From Eledone cirrhosa (taxonomy: Eukaryota), in contig OZ024757.1 in NCBI GenBank assembly GCA_964016885.1, positions 11,532,001-11,596,000 of the forward strand: a DNA stretch of 64,000 nucleotides, in the 5' to 3' direction. The notes beneath the pieces are model-generated. The model had not been told where the DNA came from, did no database searches, and saw only the letters and a program-made list of their open reading frames with translations. The position numbers and the translations under genes are program-made. Position 1 is the stretch's first letter; each line of letters starts with the position of its first letter. Positions 56,901 through 64,000 of the stretch are shown here, piece after piece.

Positions 56901-59900
56901 CAGCCGTATATATGGGGCTACTATCAGCTCAACGTAAGGAGCAATTATATTAAGTGTATTGAGTTCAAAACTCAAGTATTCCTTTACAATGAAATAGCTC
57001 AAAGAAAGAAATATTTCTGAGCCGTATAATATAAATAAATATAAATTAATATATATGATGAAACACAAATACCAACATATCTGTGTTTATATTGTAAAAG
57101 AAATTAAGTTAGCTAGAATTAAATATACTAATTATAATATTACAGTTTGCCTATCTCGATTTAAAATAATATATCAATAAAAACAAAAAGTGTTGGCAAA
57201 TGGCCATGGTGTTTAGACAAATTTAAATTTCAAAATCAAACCCGTTCCGTAGAAAAGTTTAAACTTTAAAATCCAAATATATTTCGAGATGAATAAGTGT
57301 AAGGATATCATGTCCAGCTCACATCAGTAAACACCCTGAACAAATTGATATGCTTTACTTCTAAATATTTTAAAAGACCGTTTAACGCACATAGTTTTCC
57401 AGTTTCTAGCCAGCCTCATACTCGTACTGCTAGAAATAACAGCCGTATATATGGGGCTACTATCAGCTCAACGTAAGGAGCAATTATATTAAGTGTATTG
57501 AGTTCAAAACTCAAGCATTCCTTTACAATGAAATAGCTCAAAGAAAGAAATATTTCTGAGCCGTATAATATAAATAAATATAAATTAATATATATGATGA
57601 AACACAAATACCAACATATCTGTGTTTATATTGTAAAAGAAATTAAGTTAGCTAGAATTAAATATACTAATTATAATATTACAGTTTGCCTATCTCGATT
57701 TAAAATAATATATCAATAAAAACAAAAAGTGTTGGCAAATGGCCATGGTGTTTAGACAAATTTAAATTTCAAAATCAAACCCGTTCCGTAGAAAAGTTTA
57801 AACTTTAAAATCCAAATATATTTCGAGATGAATAAGTGTAAGGATATCATGTCCAGCTCACATCAGTAAACACCCTGAACAAATTGATATGCTTTACTTC
57901 TAAATATTTTAAAACACCGTTTAACGCACATAGTTTTCCAGTTTCTAGCCAGCCTCATACTCGTACCGCTAGAAATAACAGCCGTATATATGGGGCTACT
58001 ATCAGCTCAACGTAAGGAGCAATTATATTAAGTGTATTGAGTTCAAAACTCAAGCATTCCTTTACAATGAAATAGCTCAAAGAAAGAAATATTTCTGAGC
58101 CGAATAATACAACTAAATATAAATTAATATATATGATGAAACACAAATACCAACATATCGGTGTTTTTATTGTAAAAGAAATTAAGTTAGTTAGTATGAA
58201 ATATACTAATTATAATATTACAGTTTGCCTATCTCGATTTAAAATAATAAATCAATACAAACAAACAGTATTGGCAAATGGCCATGGTGTTTAGACAAAT
58301 TTAAATTTCAAAATCAAACCTGTTCCATAGATAAGTTTAAACTTTAAAATCCAAATATGTTTCGAGATGAATAAGTGTAAGGATATCATGTCCAGCTCAC
58401 ATCAGTAAACACCCTGAACAACTTGATATGCTTCACTTCTAAATATTTTAAAAGAATGTTTAACGCACATAGTTTTCCAGATTCTAGCCAGCCTCATACG
58501 CGTACTGCTAGAAATAACAGCCGTATATATGGGGCTACTATCAGCTCAACGTAAGGAGCAATTATATTAAGTGTATTGAGTTCAAAACTCAAGCATTGCT
58601 TTACAATGAAATAGCTCAAAGAAAGAAATATTTCTGAGCCGTATAATACAAGTAAATATAAGTTAATATATATGATGAAACACAAATACCAACATATCTG
58701 TGTTTATATTGTAAACGAAATTAAGTTAGCTAGAATGAAATATACTAATTATAATATTACAGTTTGCCTATCTCGATTTAAAATAATAAATCAATAAAAA
58801 CACACAGTATTGGCAAATGGCCATGGTTTTTAGACAAATTTAAATTTCAAAATCAAACCTGTTCCATAGATAAGTTTAAACTTTAAAATCCAAATATGTT
58901 TCGAGATGAATAAGTATAAGGATATCATGTCCAGCTGACATCAGTAAACACCCTGAACAAATTGATATGCTTCACATCTAAATACTTTAAAAGACTGTTT
59001 AACGCACGTGGTTTTACAGTTTCTAGCCAACCTCATACTCGTACTGCTAGAAATAACAGCCGTAAATATATGGGGCTACTATGAGCTCAACGTAAGGAGC
59101 AATTATATTAAGTGTATTGAGTTCAAAACTCAAGCATTCCTTTACAATGAAATAGCTCAAAGAAAGAAATATTTCTGAGCCGTATAATACAAGTAAATAT
59201 AAATTAATATATATGATGAAACACAAATACCAACATATCGGTGTTTATATTGTAAAAGAAATTAAGTTAGCTAGAATTAAATATACTAATTATAATATTA
59301 CAGTTTGCCTATCTCGATTTAAAATAATATATCAATAAAAACAAAAAGTGTTGGCAAATGGCCATGGTGTTTAGACAAATTTAAATTTCAAAATCAAACC
59401 CGTTCCGTAGAAAAGTTTAAACTTTAAAATCCAAATATATTTCGAGATGAATAAGTGTAAGGATATCATGTCCAGCTCACATCAGTAAACACCCTGAACA
59501 AATTGATATGCTTCACTTCTAGATATTTTAAAAGACCGTTTAACGCACATATTTTTCCAGTTTCTAGCCAGCCTCATACTCGTACTGTTAAAATAACAGC
59601 CGTATATATGGGGCTACTATCAGCTCAACGTAAGGAGCAATTATATTAAGTGTATTGAGTTCAAAACTCAAGCATTCCTTTACAATGAAATAGCTCAAAG
59701 AAAGAAATATTTCTGAGCCGAATAATACAAGTAAATATAAATTAATATATATGATGAAACACAAATACCAACATATCGGTGTTTATATTGTAAAAGAAAT
59801 TAAGTTAGTTAGTATGAAATATACTAATTATAATATTACAGTTTGCCTATCTCGATTTAAAATAATAAATCAATAAAAACAAACATTATTGTCAAATGGC

Positions 59901-62900
59901 CATGGTGTTTAGACAAATTTAAATTTCAAAATCAAACCCGTTCCGTAGAAAAGTTTAAACTTTAAAATCCAAATATATTTCGAGATGAATAAGTGTAAGG
60001 ATATCATGTCCAGCTCACACCAGTAAACACCCTGAACAAATTGATATGCTTCACTACTAAATATTTTAAAAGACTGTTTAACGCACATAGTTATCAAATT
60101 TCTAGCCAGCCGCATACTCGTACTACTAGAAATAACAGCCATATATATGGGGCTACTATCAGCTCAACGTAAGGAGCAATTATATTAAGTGTATTGAGTT
60201 CAAAACTCAAGCATTCCTTTACAATGAAATAGCTCAAAGAAAGAAATATTTCTGAGCCGAATAATACAAGTAAATATAAATTAATATATATGATGAAACA
60301 CAAATACCAACATATCGGTGTTTATATTGTAAAAGAAATTAAGTTAGTTAGTATGAAATATATTAATTATAATATTACAGTTTGCCTATCTCGATTTAAA
60401 ATAATAAATCAATAAAAACAAATAGTATTGGCAAATGGTCATGGTGTTTAGACAAATTCAAATTTCAAAATCAAACCTGTTCCATAGATAAGTTTAAACT
60501 TTAAAATCCAAATGTGTTTCGAGATGAATAAGTGTAAGGATATCATGTCCAGCTCACATCAGTAAACACCCTGAACAAATTGATATGCTTCACTTCTAAA
60601 TATTTTAAAAGACCGTTTAACGCACATAGTTTTCCAGTTTCTAGCCAGCCTCATACTCGTACTGCTAGAAATAACAGCCGTATATATGGGGCTACTATCA
60701 GCTCAACGTAAGGAGCAATTATATTAAGTGTATTGAGTTCAAAACTCAAGCATTCCTTTACAATGAAATAGCTCAAAGAAAGAAATATTTCTGAGCCGAA
60801 TAATACAAGTAAATATAAATTAATATATATGATGAAACACAAATACCAACATATCGGTGTTTATATTGTAAAAGAAATTAAGTTAGTTAGTATGAAATAT
60901 ACTAATTATAATATTACAGTTTGCCTATCACGATTTAAAATAATAAATCAATAAAAACAAACATTATTGTCAAATGGCCATGGTGTTTAGACAAATTTAA
61001 ATTTCAAAATCAAACCCGTTCCGTAGAAAAGTTTAAACTTTAAAATCCAAATATATTTCGAGATGAATAAGTGTAAGGATATCATGTCCAGCTCACATCA
61101 GTAAACACCCTGAACAAATTGATATGCTTTACTTCTAAATATTTTAAAAGACCGTTTAACGCACATAGTTTTCCAGTTTCTAGCCAGCCTCATACTCGTA
61201 CCGCTAGAAATAACAGCCGTATATATGGGGCTACTATCAGCTCAACGTAAGGAGCAATTATATTAAGTGTATTGAGTTCAAAACTCAAGCATTCCTTTAC
61301 AATGAAATAGCTCAAAGAAAGAAATATTTCTGAGCCGAATAATACAAGTAAATATAAATTAATATATATGATGAAACACAAATACCAACATATCGGTGTT
61401 TATATTGTAAAAGAAATTAAGTTAGTTAGTATGAAATATACTAATTATAATATTACAGTTTGCCTATCTCGATTTAAAATAATAAATCAATACAAACAAA
61501 CAGTATTGGCAAATGGCCATGGTGTTTAGACAAATTTAAATTTCAAAATCAAACCTGTTCCATAGATAAGTTTAAACTTTAAAGTCCAAATGTGTTTCGA
61601 GATGAATAAGTGTAAGGATATCATGTCCAGCTCACATCAGTAAACACCCTGAACAAATTGATATGCTTCACTTCTAAATACTTTAAAAGACTGTTTAACG
61701 CACGTGGTTTTACAGTTTCTAGCCAACCTCATACTCGTACTGCTAGAAATAACAGCCGTATATATGGGGCTACTATCAGCTCAACGTAAGGAGCAATTAT
61801 ATTAAGTGTATTGAGTTCAAAACTCAAGCATTCCTTTACAATGAAATAGCTCAAAGAAAGAAATATTTCTGAGCCGAATAATACAAGTAAATATAAATTA
61901 ATATATATGATGAAACACAAATACCAACATATCGGTGTTTATATTGTAAAAGAAATTAAGTTAGTTAGTATGAAATATATTAATTATAATATTACAGTTT
62001 GCCTATCTCGATTTAAAATAATAAATCAATAAAAACAAACAGTATTGGCAAATGGCCATGGTGTTGAGACAAATTCAAATTTCAAAATCAAACCTGTTCC
62101 ATAGATAAGTTTAAACTTTAAAATCCAAATGTGTTTCGAGATGAATAAGTGTAAGGATATCATGTCCAGCTCACATCAGTAAACACCCTGAACAAATTGA
62201 TATGCTTCACATCTAAATACTTTAAAAGACAGTTTAACGCACGTGGTTTTACAGTTTCTAGCCAACCTCATACTCGTACTGCTAGAAATAACAGCCGTAT
62301 ATATGGGGCTACTATGAGCTCAACGTAAGGAGCAATTATATTAAGTGTATTGAGTTCAAAACTCAAGCATTCCTTTACAATGAAATAGCTCAAAGAAAGA
62401 AATATTTCTGAGCCGTATAATACAAGTAAATATAATTAATATATATGATGAAACACAAATACCAACATATATGTGTTTATAATGTAAAAGAAATTAAGTT
62501 AGCTAGAATGAAATATACTAATTATAATATTACAGTTTGCCTATCTCGATTTAAAATAATAAATCAATAAAAACACACAGTATTGGCAAATGGCCATGGT
62601 GTTTAGACAAATTTAAATTTCAAAATCAAACCTGTTCCTTAGATAAGTTTAAACTTTAAAATCCAAATATGTTTCGAGATGAATAAGTGTAAGGATATCA
62701 TGTCCAGCTCACATCAGTAAACACCCTGAACAAATTGATATGCTTCACTTCTAAATATTTTAAAAGAATGTTTAACGCATATAGTTTTCCAGATTCTAGC
62801 CAGCCTCATACGCGTACTGCTAGAAATAACAGCCGTATATATGGGGCTACTATGAGCTCAACGTAAGGAGCAATTATATTAAGTGTATTGACTTCAAAAC

Positions 62901-64000
62901 TCAAGCATTCCTTTACAATGAAATAGCTCAAAGAAAGAAATATTTCTGAGCCGTATAATACAAGTAAATATAAATTAATATATATGATGAAACACAAATA
63001 CCAACATATCTGTGTTTATATTGTAAAAGAAATTTAGTTAGCTAGAATGAAATATACTAATTATAATATTACAATTTGCCTATCTCGATTAAAAATAATA
63101 AATCAATAAAAACAAACAGTATTGGCAAATGGCCTTGGTGTTTAGACAAATTTAAATTTCAAAATCAAACCTGTTCCATAGATAAGTTTAAACTTTAAAA
63201 TCCAAATATGTTTCGAGATGAATAAGTGTAAGGATATCATGTCCAGCTGACATCAGTAAACACCCTGAACAAATTGATATGCTTCACTTCTAAATATTTT
63301 AAAAGAATGTTTAACGCACATAGTTTTCCAGATTCTAGCCAGCCTCATACGCGTACTGCTAGAAATAACAGCCGTATATATGGGGCTACTATCAGCTCAA
63401 CGTAAGGAGCAATTATATTAAGTGTATTGAGTTCAAAACTCAAGCATTCCTTTACAATGAAATAGCTCAAAGAAAGAAATATTTCTGAGCCGAATAATAC
63501 AAGTAAATATAAGTTAATATATATGATGAAACACAAATACCAACATATCGGTGTTTATATTGTAAAAGAAATTAAGTTAGTTATTATGAAATATACTAAT
63601 TATAATATTACAGTTTGCCTATCTCCATTTAAAATAATAAATCAATAAAAACACACAGTATTGGCAAATGGCCATGGTGTTTAGACAAATTTAAATTTCA
63701 AAATCAAACCTGTTCCATAGATAAGTTTAAACTTTAAAATCCAAATATGTTTCGAGATGAATAAGTGTAAGGATATCATGTCCAGCTCACATCAATAAAC
63801 ACCCTGAACAAATTGATATGCTTCACTTCTAAATATTTTAAAAGACTGTTTAACGCACATTGTTTTCCAGATTCTAGCCAGCCTCATACGCGTACTGCTA
63901 GAAATAACAGCCGTATATATGGGGCTACTATGAGCTCAACGTAAGGAGCAATTATATTAAGTGTATTGACTTCAAAACTCAAGCATTCCTTTACAATGAA
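14921..64000. repeat. 539-bp satellite array, ~91 head-to-tail copies, continuing beyond the window
   Basis: Constant 539-bp (occasionally 538/541) period, seen in the sequence and in the spacing of the repeated 63-aa ORF (15386, 15925, 16464, ...). Monomers differ by scattered substitutions only. Confidence 0.99.

Noticed and set aside
15386-63536. Repeated 63-aa minus-strand ORF ([10 protein letters not shown]...)
   Set aside because: It has a GTG start, is broken in many monomers, has no recognisable domain, and changes are mostly non-synonymous. It is a by-product of the satellite.
14921-64000. CRISPR-like array or 5S/tRNA/snRNA/histone gene array
   Set aside because: There are no unique spacers, and I recognise no known RNA gene or histone sequence in the monomer.

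Overview
AT-rich eukaryotic (probably invertebrate) repeat region with no recognisable host gene. Bases 1-14.9 kb are a cluster of Penelope-like retroelement (PLE) fragments and small non-coding units. Each is embedded in long interrupted (TA)n tracts. Three distinct PLE copies retain RT and/or GIY-YIG coding sequence, and one forms a ~1.4 kb inverted repeat with a rearranged centre. At least three minimal type I hammerhead ribozymes can be folded by eye, and a fourth is degenerate. A ~530-bp unit is present as 2.1 tandem copies between TA tracts. From ~14,920 to the window end runs a 539-bp satellite of ~91 copies, with nested 2-, 3-, 4-, 5- and ~14-mer duplications and older-looking edges. 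The monomer carries a run of short hairpins and a 27-codon stretch resembling a signal peptide, followed by a phase-1 GTAAG splice-donor-like site. Most ORFs in the supplied track (Y/I-rich ORFs and the 63-aa minus-strand repeat ORF) are artefacts of repeats.
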